42,211 nucleotides of DNA from Abditibacteriaceae bacterium (GTDB taxonomy: Bacteria; Armatimonadota; Abditibacteriia; Abditibacteriales; Abditibacteriaceae): NCBI GenBank assembly GCA_031372065.1, contig JANMKN010000221.1, forward strand, positions 1-42,211, given 5' to 3'. Below the pieces are notes generated by a model, which was not told the DNA's origin, made no database searches, and saw nothing but the letters and a program-made list of their open reading frames with translations. Of this stretch, positions 26,877-35,638 are shown piece by piece. The translations under genes were made by a program, and so were the position numbers. How positions within the stretch are numbered: position 1 is the first letter of the stretch; each line of letters starts with the position of its first letter.

Positions 26877-27581
26877 CTATTGCAGGTTTTTCCACGCGAT
26901 AATTCCGGCGGCTAAGGCGTCGGCCATTTTTTCTTGGCCGGCGGCGCTGCCGATAAATTGCGCGTCGCGTTTGTTGGTGATGTAGCACATTTCTACCAGC
27001 GCGGTTGGCACGCGTGAAAAGATGGAGCCGGTCAAAACGCCGCCTTGTTTGCCACCAACGAAAGTGGCGGCATCGGTTTTAATAGAATTGGCGCGCAGCG
27101 AATTTTTCAGCACGCTTTTCATGTTTTCGTTCATGGTTTGCGCTAAGTTTCTGCTGCCGATTTGCACTTCGCGCGGCGGGCCGCTAACGCCGTATTTCTT
27201 GCCGGCGCGGTCGGGATAAAACCACGCGAAACCGCTGCCGCCACCGGCATCGCAGTGCAAGCGAATCAACGCAGCGCAAGGCGTTTTGTAGGCATTGGCG
27301 CCGTTGGCGATGGTGGCGCGCTGGCGGTTGGTAACGTTTTGGTTTTCGCGGCTTTTGGTTAAGACACAAGCGATGTTTTGTGCCTTTAATTTTTTCTCCA
27401 GCCGCTTGGCCACTTGCCAGTTCATACGGTTCTCCGTTAAACCGTGCGCCGCCGCGCCTTCGGAGGTTTCCGAGGGATGGCCGGGGTCAATGCACACAAT
27501 AAACGGCTTCGGGGCCGCATACGCCGCTGTATGAGCGATACTCGAAACGAACAGGCACGCGCCTAAAATCAGGAATTTCAT
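26877..27581 (-). CDS. N-acetylmuramoyl-L-alanine amidase (Amidase_3), exported
   Basis: Signal peptide; IDPGH..E, RLHCDA, LVEMCYITN zinc/catalytic motifs. Confidence 0.9.
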   Translation of the reverse strand: MKFLILGACLFVSSIAHTAAYAAPKPFIVCIDPGHPSETSEGAAAHGLTENRMNWQVAKRLEKKLKAQNIACVLTKSRENQNVTNRQRATIANGANAYKTPCAALIRLHCDAGGGSGFAWFYPDRAGKKYGVSGPPREVQIGSRNLAQTMNENMKSVLKNSLRANSIKTDAATFVGGKQGGVLTGSIFSRVPTALVEMCYITNKRDAQFIGSAAGQEKMADALAAGIIAWKNLQ

Positions 27582-27600
27582 GGATGGAACAGTTTAATTG

Positions 27601-28578
27601 ATGACGCCCATACAACAAATCGAAATTGAAGACGAAGGAGCCGGAGTGCGCGCCGACGCTTTTATCGCGGCGCGACTTGCCGTTTCGCGTTCGCGCGCGC
27701 AAAAGATGCTCGAAGGCGGCACTTTAAATGGAGCGCGCGTCAAGCCCTCGCACACTTTGCGAAGCGGCGATGTCTTGCTTTTGCCGGAATTGGAAACAAC
27801 GTTGGAAGAAACGCAAGCGCAAATTTCCAGCGAAGAAATGCCGATGCCGGAACTGATAAAAAATCTGGTTTTCGTTTACGAAGACGAGCATTTGATGATT
27901 ATCAACAAGCCGCGCGGCCTTTTGGTGCATTTGGGCGCGGGCGAGCGCGTGGCGACTTTAGTGGACTTTCTGCGCCAGCAAAACAAGCCGCTTTCGAGCG
28001 TTGGCCCGCCCGAACGCGCGGGCATTGTGCATCGCTTGGACAAAGAAACCAGCGGTTTGATGATCGTTTGCAAAACCGACGCGGCGCATTGGAAATTGGC
28101 CGACGATTTCTCCGAACGGCGCCTGACAAAAAATTACGTTGCCCTTGTTTGCGGCGTGCCGCCCTTGCGCGGGCGCATCGAAGCACCGATTGAGCGCCAC
28201 GCCACGCATCGCAAAAAATTCGCGGTCATGCAACACGGTAAAGATGCCGTGACCGAATACACCGTGGCGCAGCACTGGCGCAAATTCGCCCTGCTCAACA
28301 TTCATTTACTAACAGGCCGCACGCATCAAATTCGCGTGCATTTGAATTATTTGAATCATCCCGTGGTCGGCGACCCGCTTTACGGCGGCGAAAAACGCGC
28401 CCTCGATAGCGCCGGAAGCCCCGAAGTGCGCGCCGCCTTGGAAAATTTGCACGGTCAGGCGCTGCACGCCGCCAAATTGCAATTTACGCATCCGATAACC
28501 GAAGAACCTTTGCAGTTTGAAGCGCCTTTGCCGGCTGATATGCAAAACGTGATTGAGGCGTTGAATGTGGCAGAGTGA
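27601..28578 (+). CDS. rluD: RluA/RluD-family pseudouridine synthase with N-terminal S4 domain
   Basis: RADAFIA..SRSRAQ (S4), NKPRGLLVH, GIVHRLDKETSG, TGRTHQIRVH, VGDPLYG, QALHA. Confidence 0.9.
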   Translation: MTPIQQIEIEDEGAGVRADAFIAARLAVSRSRAQKMLEGGTLNGARVKPSHTLRSGDVLLLPELETTLEETQAQISSEEMPMPELIKNLVFVYEDEHLMIINKPRGLLVHLGAGERVATLVDFLRQQNKPLSSVGPPERAGIVHRLDKETSGLMIVCKTDAAHWKLADDFSERRLTKNYVALVCGVPPLRGRIEAPIERHATHRKKFAVMQHGKDAVTEYTVAQHWRKFALLNIHLLTGRTHQIRVHLNYLNHPVVGDPLYGGEKRALDSAGSPEVRAALENLHGQALHAAKLQFTHPITEEPLQFEAPLPADMQNVIEALNVAE

Positions 28579-28581
28579 AAT

Positions 28582-29281
28582 TTAAATTTCTTCCAAATTC
28601 CAAGAGGCAGGCACCGCTTCATTCAGCCACCACTGCCAGAATTTCTTGCGCGCTTTGTCATCGCGATGGGGAAGTCCCCATTCGTCACCGCCGCCAATAG
28701 TTAAAGCTGCGTGGAAGATATTAGGCTCACGCTGAGGCTCGTAATTGTGGACGTTAGGGTCTTCGTAATCTATATCCAATTCAAATGGGCTTTCGACATC
28801 CACATAGGTGTATCGAATGGCAAGTTCTGCTACCAAGAAGGCCCCAACGGTGCGCTCTGTTCCAGGCGTCTCAAGTGCTTGTGAAAAGCGACCAAGGCTG
28901 TCATAAGACCCAAGGTCATGTGGAAACCAATCTCTTCTAAGGGGCTTACCGCTTTTTACAACCTTCTTAGCTCTATTTAGTTCATCCACAATGTTAATTT
29001 CCTCAAGCGGATTTGCTATCCAAAAAAGGCAGGACTTTTTCGGCGCAAAGAATTGCGTTCCATGAGCGTCGCTGCCAACCCAATAATGTTTCCTCAGAAA
29101 CTTCCAATGGCTTGTCATAATACAGAGGTGAGACATCAATATACGGTCCAAACGTCGCAAACACCCGCATAGCATGGGCAAACGGCAAGTCACCGTTGTT
29201 GTCAGCTTTGAGCGCCGCTTTTGCCTCCTTAATTCTTTTTTGCAAAATCTTCCAGCGTTGTTGGTCGGTTAGATCACTCAT
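28582..29281 (-). pseudogene. Imm5-like immunity protein gene split by a 1-nt frameshift
   Basis: The 5' ORF ends ..ILCAEKVLPF. Removing one T from the T6 run (A6 at 29022-29027) joins it to WIANPLEE...ARKKFWQWWLNEAVP, a C-terminal motif I recognise from Imm5. GC content is lower than flanks. Confidence 0.7.
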
Positions 29282-29358
29282 AAAATACTCACTCGCTTCT
29301 ATTTTATCTCTGCGCCTTTACGTCTCGGCGGTGAAACTACCTTTGTATTAATTTTCAA

Positions 29359-29442
29359 GTAACCGGCCAAGCATTACAGTTTGAAGCGCCCTTGCCCGCT
29401 GATATGCAAAACGTGATCGAAGCGCTGAATGGAGTGGAGTAA
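29359..29442 (+). pseudogene. Orphan duplicate of the rluD 3' end
   Basis: Translates VTGQALQFEAPLPADMQNVIEALNGVE* versus rluD ITEEPLQFEAPLPADMQNVIEALNVAE* (28495-28578). Confidence 0.93.
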
Positions 29443-29536
29443 AGCGGATTCTTGAAAAAGTGCGTGGAACTTCTATCTATCTGTTGCGCGGACGTTCCAG
29501 AAGACTGCACGATGTATAAAACAATGGCGCAAACCT

Positions 29537-29689
29537 CTATCTTGTGGCGCGATGAATATGGCCTTGTTGTTTGAGGCGGTGATAACCGCGAGTTTGCAGG
29601 CTTCCAAGGAAAAATAAGGCGCCAATCGCTATGATAACGCCGAAAATCAAGCCAAGAAGAGCCTGTTTTGTTGTTAGCTGGCGATTCAT
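29537..29689 (-). CDS. Small single-TM hypothetical protein (50 aa)
   Basis: MNRQLTTKQALLGLIFGVIIAIGALFFLGSL...; starts 4 nt after the stop of the CoA-binding gene. Confidence 0.55.
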   Translation of the reverse strand: MNRQLTTKQALLGLIFGVIIAIGALFFLGSLQTRGYHRLKQQGHIHRATR

Positions 29690-29693
29690 AGCT

Positions 29694-30059
29694 TTAAAAC
29701 TCGCTTGGTGAACGCCCCGCCAAAATAATCGAGCAGGCAACGGTGGCTTCGATGCCAAGTTCGTCGCAGCGTTGCAAAAGTGCCTCGCTTTCGGCTCCCG
29801 GATTGAGCAAAACGCGTTTGATGCCTTTTTGGGCGACTTCTTCGATGACTTGCAGGCCGATTTCAGGCGCGACGTAAAAGCTGGCGACTTCGATTTCGCC
29901 CGGCACATCCAAAACCGAAGGGAAGGCTTGCAAGCCTTCGATTTCGCTTTGCGCCGGGTTGATCGGGAAAACTTCGTCGCCGCGCTCTTGGTAGGCGCGC
30001 ACGGCCCTGTTTCCGTATTTGTGGCGGCGATTTGAAGCGCCAATGATGGCAATTTTCAT
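29694..30059 (-). CDS. CoA-binding domain protein (YccU-like)
   Basis: IAIIGASN..KYGN, VFPINP, NPGAES, ACSI; SD GGAG upstream. Confidence 0.9.
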   Translation of the reverse strand: MKIAIIGASNRRHKYGNRAVRAYQERGDEVFPINPAQSEIEGLQAFPSVLDVPGEIEVASFYVAPEIGLQVIEEVAQKGIKRVLLNPGAESEALLQRCDELGIEATVACSIILAGRSPSEF

Positions 30060-30222
30060 AAACTCACTCCAGAAATAGTTTTTCGTTTTGACGGAAAAAT
30101 GCAAACGGGCTAAAATTTTATCAACCGTTCTCGCTGGCCCGTTGGGGCTAACTCAAGCAAACTGAGGCAATTTTGACGCCGCGCAAGGTTTTGCGCGGCG
30201 TTTTCAACTTTAAAGGAACATT

Positions 30223-31800
30223 ATGGCGGACGAACAAAACACCAACGGCAATTCAGGGCCAACAGAGCGCGCTTCGACACGCAACTCAAAAATTCAAATG
30301 GCCGATGCGCCGTATCCCGAACTCAAAATGCCCTTGGGACACGAAGAAATTTGCGCGATTTTGCCGCATCGCTACCCCTTTTTGCTCGTGGATCGCATCT
30401 TGGAAATTGAGCCGGGTGTGCGTTGTGTCGGTCTGAAAAACGTCTCAGCCAATGAAGAACATTTTAACGGCCATTTTCCCGGTCATCCGGTCATGCCCGG
30501 CGTTTTGATTCTCGAAGCGATGGCGCAAGTGGCGGGCGTTTTGATTCTCGTCACGCGCAACACGCCGGGCGCGCTCAGTTATTTTGCGCAAATTGAAAAA
30601 GCGCGCTTTAAAAAACCGGTGCGCCCCGGCGATCAGGTCATTACCGAAGCGACTTTGCAGGTTTTGCGCGGCTCTTTGTGCAAAGCGCACGTTGTGGGAC
30701 GCGTGGATGGTCAAGTTGTCGTTGAAGCCGATTACACCTTTTTCACGACCAATGGCGACGCGGCGCGCGCTGTGCATTCGCATCAGATGGCAAATTTGCC
30801 GGGCGGCGCGCAATCTATGCCGCCGCTGGTTTCGATTCCGCCCGCTGTCGCCGAAGCCGCCGCACAAGCGCATTCTCAAGCGAATACGCCCGTTGCGCCA
30901 TCAAACGGCGGCGCACCCGCAACGCCTGCGGCCACGCACACCATGAGCGCCACGCGCGCCGCCGCACCAGTCAGCGTTTTGCCGCCGCGCGCTTACGAAG
31001 GGCCGACTTTCGTGCATCCAAGCGCCATTGTTGACCCGCGTGCCGAACTCGAAGAAGGCGTTTGGGTCGGCCCGTTTTGCATTATCGAAGGCAACACGCG
31101 CATTGGCTCTGGCACCGTGCTGGAATCGCACGTTGTCGTCAAGCAACACACCAGTTTGGGCCGTCGCTGCCGCGTTTCGCCTTATGTAGTTCTCGGCCAC
31201 GAGCCGCAAGATGTGAAGTTTAAAGGCGAAGAAAGCTATTTGCGCATCGGCGACGACAATGTGTTGCGCGAAATGGTGACGCTGCATCGCGCCACTGGCG
31301 AAGGCTCGCAAACCGTCATCGGCAACAACAACATTTTGATGGCTTATGTTCACGTCGGGCACAATTGCAACATCGGCTCGAACACCATGATTTCCAATTC
31401 GACGGGCATCGCCGGACACGTCACGATTGAAGATAAAGTCGTCATTGGCGGCTTTGTCGGCGTGCATCAATTCGCGCACGTTGGCAAAATGGCGATGCTG
31501 AGTGCGATGTCCAAAGTGGTGCAAGATGTGCCGCCATTTTGCCTCGCCGATGGCCGTCCCGCGAAAATCACCGGCCTCAACATTCGCGGTTTGCGCCGCA
31601 ATGGTATCAACAGCGAACAGCGCAACCAAGTCAGCGCCGCGTTTAAATATCTTTATCGTTCGGGCCTGAACACCTCACAAGCGCTCGAAAAAATCTACTC
31701 CGAAGTGCCACCCAGCGAAACGCTCGATTACTTTTTGCAATTCGTCGAACGCGTGCGCGAAGGAAGATTGGGTCGCCAAGACGAAACGCCACACCTTTGA
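30223..31800 (+). CDS. fabZ-lpxA: Fused 3-hydroxyacyl-ACP dehydratase FabZ + UDP-GlcNAc O-acyltransferase LpxA
   Basis: FabZ motifs LPHRYPFLLVD and HFNGHFPGHPVMPGVLILEAMAQ; Ala/Pro linker; LpxA motifs VHPSAIVD, hexapeptide repeats, MAYVHVGHNC, VHQF, QDVPPF, GLNIRGLRR. Confidence 0.92.
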   Translation: MADEQNTNGNSGPTERASTRNSKIQMADAPYPELKMPLGHEEICAILPHRYPFLLVDRILEIEPGVRCVGLKNVSANEEHFNGHFPGHPVMPGVLILEAMAQVAGVLILVTRNTPGALSYFAQIEKARFKKPVRPGDQVITEATLQVLRGSLCKAHVVGRVDGQVVVEADYTFFTTNGDAARAVHSHQMANLPGGAQSMPPLVSIPPAVAEAAAQAHSQANTPVAPSNGGAPATPAATHTMSATRAAAPVSVLPPRAYEGPTFVHPSAIVDPRAELEEGVWVGPFCIIEGNTRIGSGTVLESHVVVKQHTSLGRRCRVSPYVVLGHEPQDVKFKGEESYLRIGDDNVLREMVTLHRATGEGSQTVIGNNNILMAYVHVGHNCNIGSNTMISNSTGIAGHVTIEDKVVIGGFVGVHQFAHVGKMAMLSAMSKVVQDVPPFCLADGRPAKITGLNIRGLRRNGINSEQRNQVSAAFKYLYRSGLNTSQALEKIYSEVPPSETLDYFLQFVERVREGRLGRQDETPHL

Positions 31801-31838
31801 GAATGCGGAGTGTGAAATCCGGAATGCGGAATGCGGAA
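31801..31838 (+). repeat. Heptamer array (GAATGCG)x5, left flank of four-helix-bundle gene
   Basis: gaatgcg gagtgtg aaatccg gaatgcg gaatgcg gaa; begins immediately after the fabZ-lpxA stop. Confidence 0.88.
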
Positions 31839-31852
31839 AATAAAGGCGCAGC

Positions 31853-32218
31853 GTGGACAAATATACGCCGTTGAAATTACGCACTAAGACATTTGCTTTG
31901 CAAATCATCGAATTTGTGGATGCCTTGCCACGCAACCGCGTTTGTGATCACATCGGAAGGCAGTTGTTGCGTTCTGGCACCTCAGTCGCAGCGAATTACC
32001 GCGCCGCTTGTCGAGGGAAATCGCCCGCCGATTTTATTGCAAAGTTGGGGATTGTCGAAGAAGAAGCGGATGAATGTTGTTTCTGACTGGAACTTTTAAT
32101 GGAGAGCAATCGGATTTCTGCTGAAAAAGCTGAACCGCTGCGTCAAGAAGCTAATGAATTGTTATCTATAACGATTCAATCCATCAAAACAGCGCGCAAC
32201 AGCGAACGCAGAAAATAA
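31853..32218 (+). pseudogene. Four-helix-bundle protein (23S rRNA-IVP / TIGR02436-like) with in-frame TGA
   Basis: RTKTFAL..QLLRSGTSVAANYRAACRGKS.ADFIAKLGIVEEEADECCF*LELL...EANELLSI..SIKTAR. TGA at 32084-32086 sits at the usual Trp position, and the frame continues to TAA 32218. Confidence 0.88.
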
Positions 32219-32237
32219 TATCAGCATATTTTACTCT

Positions 32238-33443
32238 GTGAAAAACGCTGCGCCCAATTTACTCCGCACTCCGCATTCCCCAGTCCGCATTCTATGGGTT
32301 GCGGGCGATGTTTCCGGTGATATTCACACCGCGCTTCTCATGCGCGAAGTGACGGCGCGGCATCCCGACTGGCAAATGACCGTCGCGGGCGGTGCGCAAA
32401 TGCAAAAAGTGGCGCGCGAAAAGGGCGGCGCGGTTTTAGGCGACACTTCGCACTATGGCGTTATCGGTTTGGTGCCTTCTCTCCTGCTGGTGCCGCGCCT
32501 CTTGAAACTCAAATCAAAAATCGAAAATTGGATCACCAAAACGCGGCCCGATGCCGTGGTTTTATGCGATTGGGGCGCGTTTAACGGGCGTTTGCTGCCT
32601 TTCCTCAAGGCGCAAAAGATAAAGACTCTCTATTATTTCCCGCCGCGCTCGTGGCAGCAAACGGGCGATGGAGGACTCGGCATCGCGCCTTTGGTCAATC
32701 GCGTGTCGACGCCGTTTGAATGGTCGGCCCAGAAACTGACAAACGCCGGTTGCAACGCCGAATGGGTGGGCCATCCGTTGCTCGAAACTGTCAAATCCTC
32801 CCAACCAATTCCCGACTTACGCCGCGAGTTTGGCGCGGCTGAGAACGAAAAACTCATCGCGCTTTTGCCCGGTTCTCGTGCTTTAGAATTGCGCTACATC
32901 GCGCCACATTTAGCGCGCAGTGCGCGGCTTTTGCAAGAGCGAAATCCCGCGCAAAACTTTCGTTTTGTGGTGGCGTTGGCAAACGGCGGCACAAAGCGCG
33001 CGGCACGATATTTCGATGAAAAATTCGAGCTTGTCGAAGGCCGCGCGAGCGATGTTTTATTGGCCTGCGATGCCGCCATTGTGAAAAGTGGCACGGCGAC
33101 TTTGGAAGCAGCGGTGGCAAACGCGCCGCAAGTTGTGGTCTATGATGTGCCCGCCGTTTTGGGATTGCAATGGAAATTAAGCGGCTCAGGGCGTAAAATT
33201 CCCTTTGTCGCCATGCCAAACATCATTTTGGGCCGCGAGTGCGCCAAAGAACTGCTTGGCCCGGCGTGTCGCGCCAAAAATATCGTGCCCGCCTTGGAAA
33301 TGTTGCTGAACAATGCTGCGCACCGTGAGCGAATGCAAAACGATTACGCCATTGTGCGCCGCGCGTTAGGCAGCGAATTGCCGCAAGGCGCCACCGCGCG
33401 CACGGCGGAAATTTTGGAAGAATTAGTTGGTGCCGGGCATTGA
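32238..33443 (+). CDS. lpxB: Lipid-A-disaccharide synthase
   Basis: VAGDVSGD, DWGAFN, WVGHPL, LLPGSR..E, KSGTATLE, AMPNII. Confidence 0.93.
   Translation: MKNAAPNLLRTPHSPVRILWVAGDVSGDIHTALLMREVTARHPDWQMTVAGGAQMQKVAREKGGAVLGDTSHYGVIGLVPSLLLVPRLLKLKSKIENWITKTRPDAVVLCDWGAFNGRLLPFLKAQKIKTLYYFPPRSWQQTGDGGLGIAPLVNRVSTPFEWSAQKLTNAGCNAEWVGHPLLETVKSSQPIPDLRREFGAAENEKLIALLPGSRALELRYIAPHLARSARLLQERNPAQNFRFVVALANGGTKRAARYFDEKFELVEGRASDVLLACDAAIVKSGTATLEAAVANAPQVVVYDVPAVLGLQWKLSGSGRKIPFVAMPNIILGRECAKELLGPACRAKNIVPALEMLLNNAAHRERMQNDYAIVRRALGSELPQGATARTAEILEELVGAGH
32261..32292 (-). repeat. Inverted heptamer array (ACTCCGC/ATTCCGC-type), right flank; lies in the lpxB 5' coding region
   Basis: actccgc actccgc attcccc agtccgc attc, the reverse complement of the 31801 array. 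Confidence 0.8.
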
Positions 33444-33462
33444 AATACCTCACGTAATTCAA

Positions 33463-35226
33463 ATGGAAAATCTTAAACGTCTTCGCATTTACCTGCATAT
33501 ACATCGTCCTTCTATCGTTTTAGGCGCCATTTGCGCTATTTTATCGGGCCTAATCAGCGTCAGTCTGGTTTATTCGATTGAAAGAGTGCTTCAGCCCATT
33601 CTCAAAGCCAATCTGGATGTTGACACGCGAATGCAGCGCTTGAACGTTCTGGTTGTTGTGCTGGCATCGCTGGCTTTGCTGCGAGTTTTCGTAGATTTCG
33701 GTCAGGTTTATATTATTCAGCGCACCAGTCAACGCATTTTCACGAAACTGCGCGAAGACTTGTTCAAGCACTTTCAAAACTTGCCGGTTGGCTTTTTTGA
33801 AGGGCACCGCACCGGCGAAGTTATCAGCCGTTTAACCAACGATTTGACGGCGCTCACCACGCTAGCCAATTTGGGCATCACCGTCGCTGTTGGCGCGCCG
33901 ATTGAAATCATCGGAATGCTTGGCTATATGCTGCATTCCAATTGGAAACTGACGCTTTTTATTTTTGTTGTCCTGCCGCCGATGGCGATTCTGATTAATC
34001 GCGCTGGGCGGCGGATTCGTCGTGCTACAGCCGAAGTGCAGGCGCAAGCGGCCAACCTCACCGAGTATTTGCAGGAAAAGTTTGCCGCCATGCGGCTGAT
34101 TCAGACTTTCGGCACCCGCGACTATGAAATTGAATTGTTCGATAAAGTCAATCAAGACGCCTATCGCGCTACTATGAAGCCGATTCGCATCCACGCGACG
34201 CTGGCGCCGATGATTGATTTTATTGGCCTGATGAGCGTGTTATTGGCTTTGTGGTTTGGCGCCAAAGCCATCCAAAAACCAGAAGATGTCGCGCCTTTGA
34301 TTACTTTTTTGTTGGCGTTGCATCGCGTGGCGACGCGGGCGAAATCGCTGGCGAGTTTGAACTTAATTCTCAAACAAGCCGACGCCGCCGCCGCGCGCAT
34401 TTGGGAAGTTTTGGATACCGAGCCGCATATTCGCAACGCGCCCAATGCCGTGACGCTCAATGGCATTTCCGGCCATTTGAAACTCGAAGATGTGCGCTTC
34501 GCTTACGGAGAAAAAGGCGACGAAGGCGCCGATGTTTTGCATGGCATTTCGCTGGAATTAAAGCCGGGTCAGATGATCGCTTTGGCTGGCGAAAGCGGTT
34601 CGGGCAAAAGCACTATCGCCGCTCTGGTGCCGCGTTTGTATGATCCGTCGTCGGGCCGCGTGACGATTGACGGCCACGATTTGCGCGATGTGACGCTCGA
34701 ATCGCTGCGCTCCAACATCGGCGCCGTCCCACAAGAAACCACGCTTTTTCACGGCTCGATTCGCGACAACATCGCCTATGGCCGCCCCGATGCGACGTTT
34801 GAAGAAATCGTCGAAGCCGCGAAAAAAGCCAACGCCGATGAATTTATTCGCGCCCAGCCCAAAGGCTACGACACGCCGATTGGCGAGCGCGGCAACAAAT
34901 TATCGGGCGGTCAGCGCCAGCGCCTTGCCATCGCCCGCGCGCTTTTGCGCAATCCCAAAGTTTTGATTTTAGATGAAGCCACCGCCTCGCTCGATTCCAA
35001 AACCGAAGCTGCCGTGCAAGACGCGCTCAACACTTTAATGGCGGGCCGCACGACATTGGTGATTGCGCACCGTTTTTCGACCATCCAAAACGCCGATCGC
35101 ATTTATGTTCTCGACAAAGGCCGCGTCATCGAATGCGGCAAACATCAGGAATTGCTGGACAAGCGCGGCGTGTATTTCAATTTGTATCAAGCGCAAAATT
35201 TCGCCAAAGAAACTATAGAGGCTTGA
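33463..35226 (+). CDS. msbA: MsbA-like lipid A flippase (ABC TMD+NBD)
   Basis: TM domain, GESGSGKST, LSGGQRQR, ILDEATASLD, IAHR; sits in lipid A operon. Confidence 0.82.
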   Translation: MENLKRLRIYLHIHRPSIVLGAICAILSGLISVSLVYSIERVLQPILKANLDVDTRMQRLNVLVVVLASLALLRVFVDFGQVYIIQRTSQRIFTKLREDLFKHFQNLPVGFFEGHRTGEVISRLTNDLTALTTLANLGITVAVGAPIEIIGMLGYMLHSNWKLTLFIFVVLPPMAILINRAGRRIRRATAEVQAQAANLTEYLQEKFAAMRLIQTFGTRDYEIELFDKVNQDAYRATMKPIRIHATLAPMIDFIGLMSVLLALWFGAKAIQKPEDVAPLITFLLALHRVATRAKSLASLNLILKQADAAAARIWEVLDTEPHIRNAPNAVTLNGISGHLKLEDVRFAYGEKGDEGADVLHGISLELKPGQMIALAGESGSGKSTIAALVPRLYDPSSGRVTIDGHDLRDVTLESLRSNIGAVPQETTLFHGSIRDNIAYGRPDATFEEIVEAAKKANADEFIRAQPKGYDTPIGERGNKLSGGQRQRLAIARALLRNPKVLILDEATASLDSKTEAAVQDALNTLMAGRTTLVIAHRFSTIQNADRIYVLDKGRVIECGKHQELLDKRGVYFNLYQAQNFAKETIEA

Positions 35227-35252
35227 AAAAAGCGCTTCCCACGCTTATTTTC

Positions 35253-35484
35253 GGCTTTGGCGTCCGTTTTCCGGCCCCAACGGGTCATACAGGCGGCTTC
35301 GGCGTCCGTTTGCCGAAGCCGCCTTGGAAGCTGGGAAGACTCCGCAAACGGACGCCAAAGCCGCCTTGGAAGCAAGGAAGACTCCGCAAACGGACGCCGA
35401 AGCCGCCTTGGAAGCAAGGAACGGCTCGCAAACGTTTGCGGAGTCTTCCGGGGAACGTGGACACGCGCGGCGTGCGTTTGCGGG
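35253..35484. repeat. 42-bp-period array with units in mixed orientation
   Basis: Forward units at 35312, 35354 and 35396 (gccraagccgccttggaagc..ggaagactccgcaaacggac). Inverted partial units at 35259/35301 and 35433/35475, also 42 bp apart. Confidence 0.9.
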
Positions 35485-35638
35485 CCGTAAATTCCTGAGA
35501 AACTGTCTGAGAATAGCCGCCATCCGCTGCGCGAATGCAAAAACAGCGTGAAAACAACGCTATTTTCGCTGAAAATTGCGTCGTTTTGCCTTTGTTTTTG
35601 TGTATCCGAAGGATGAGCGGCTATTCCCAGACGATTTT

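Noticed and set aside
35133..35557. Several short ORFs across the msbA-waaA spacer
   Set aside because: Repeat-derived open frames on both strands with no family features.
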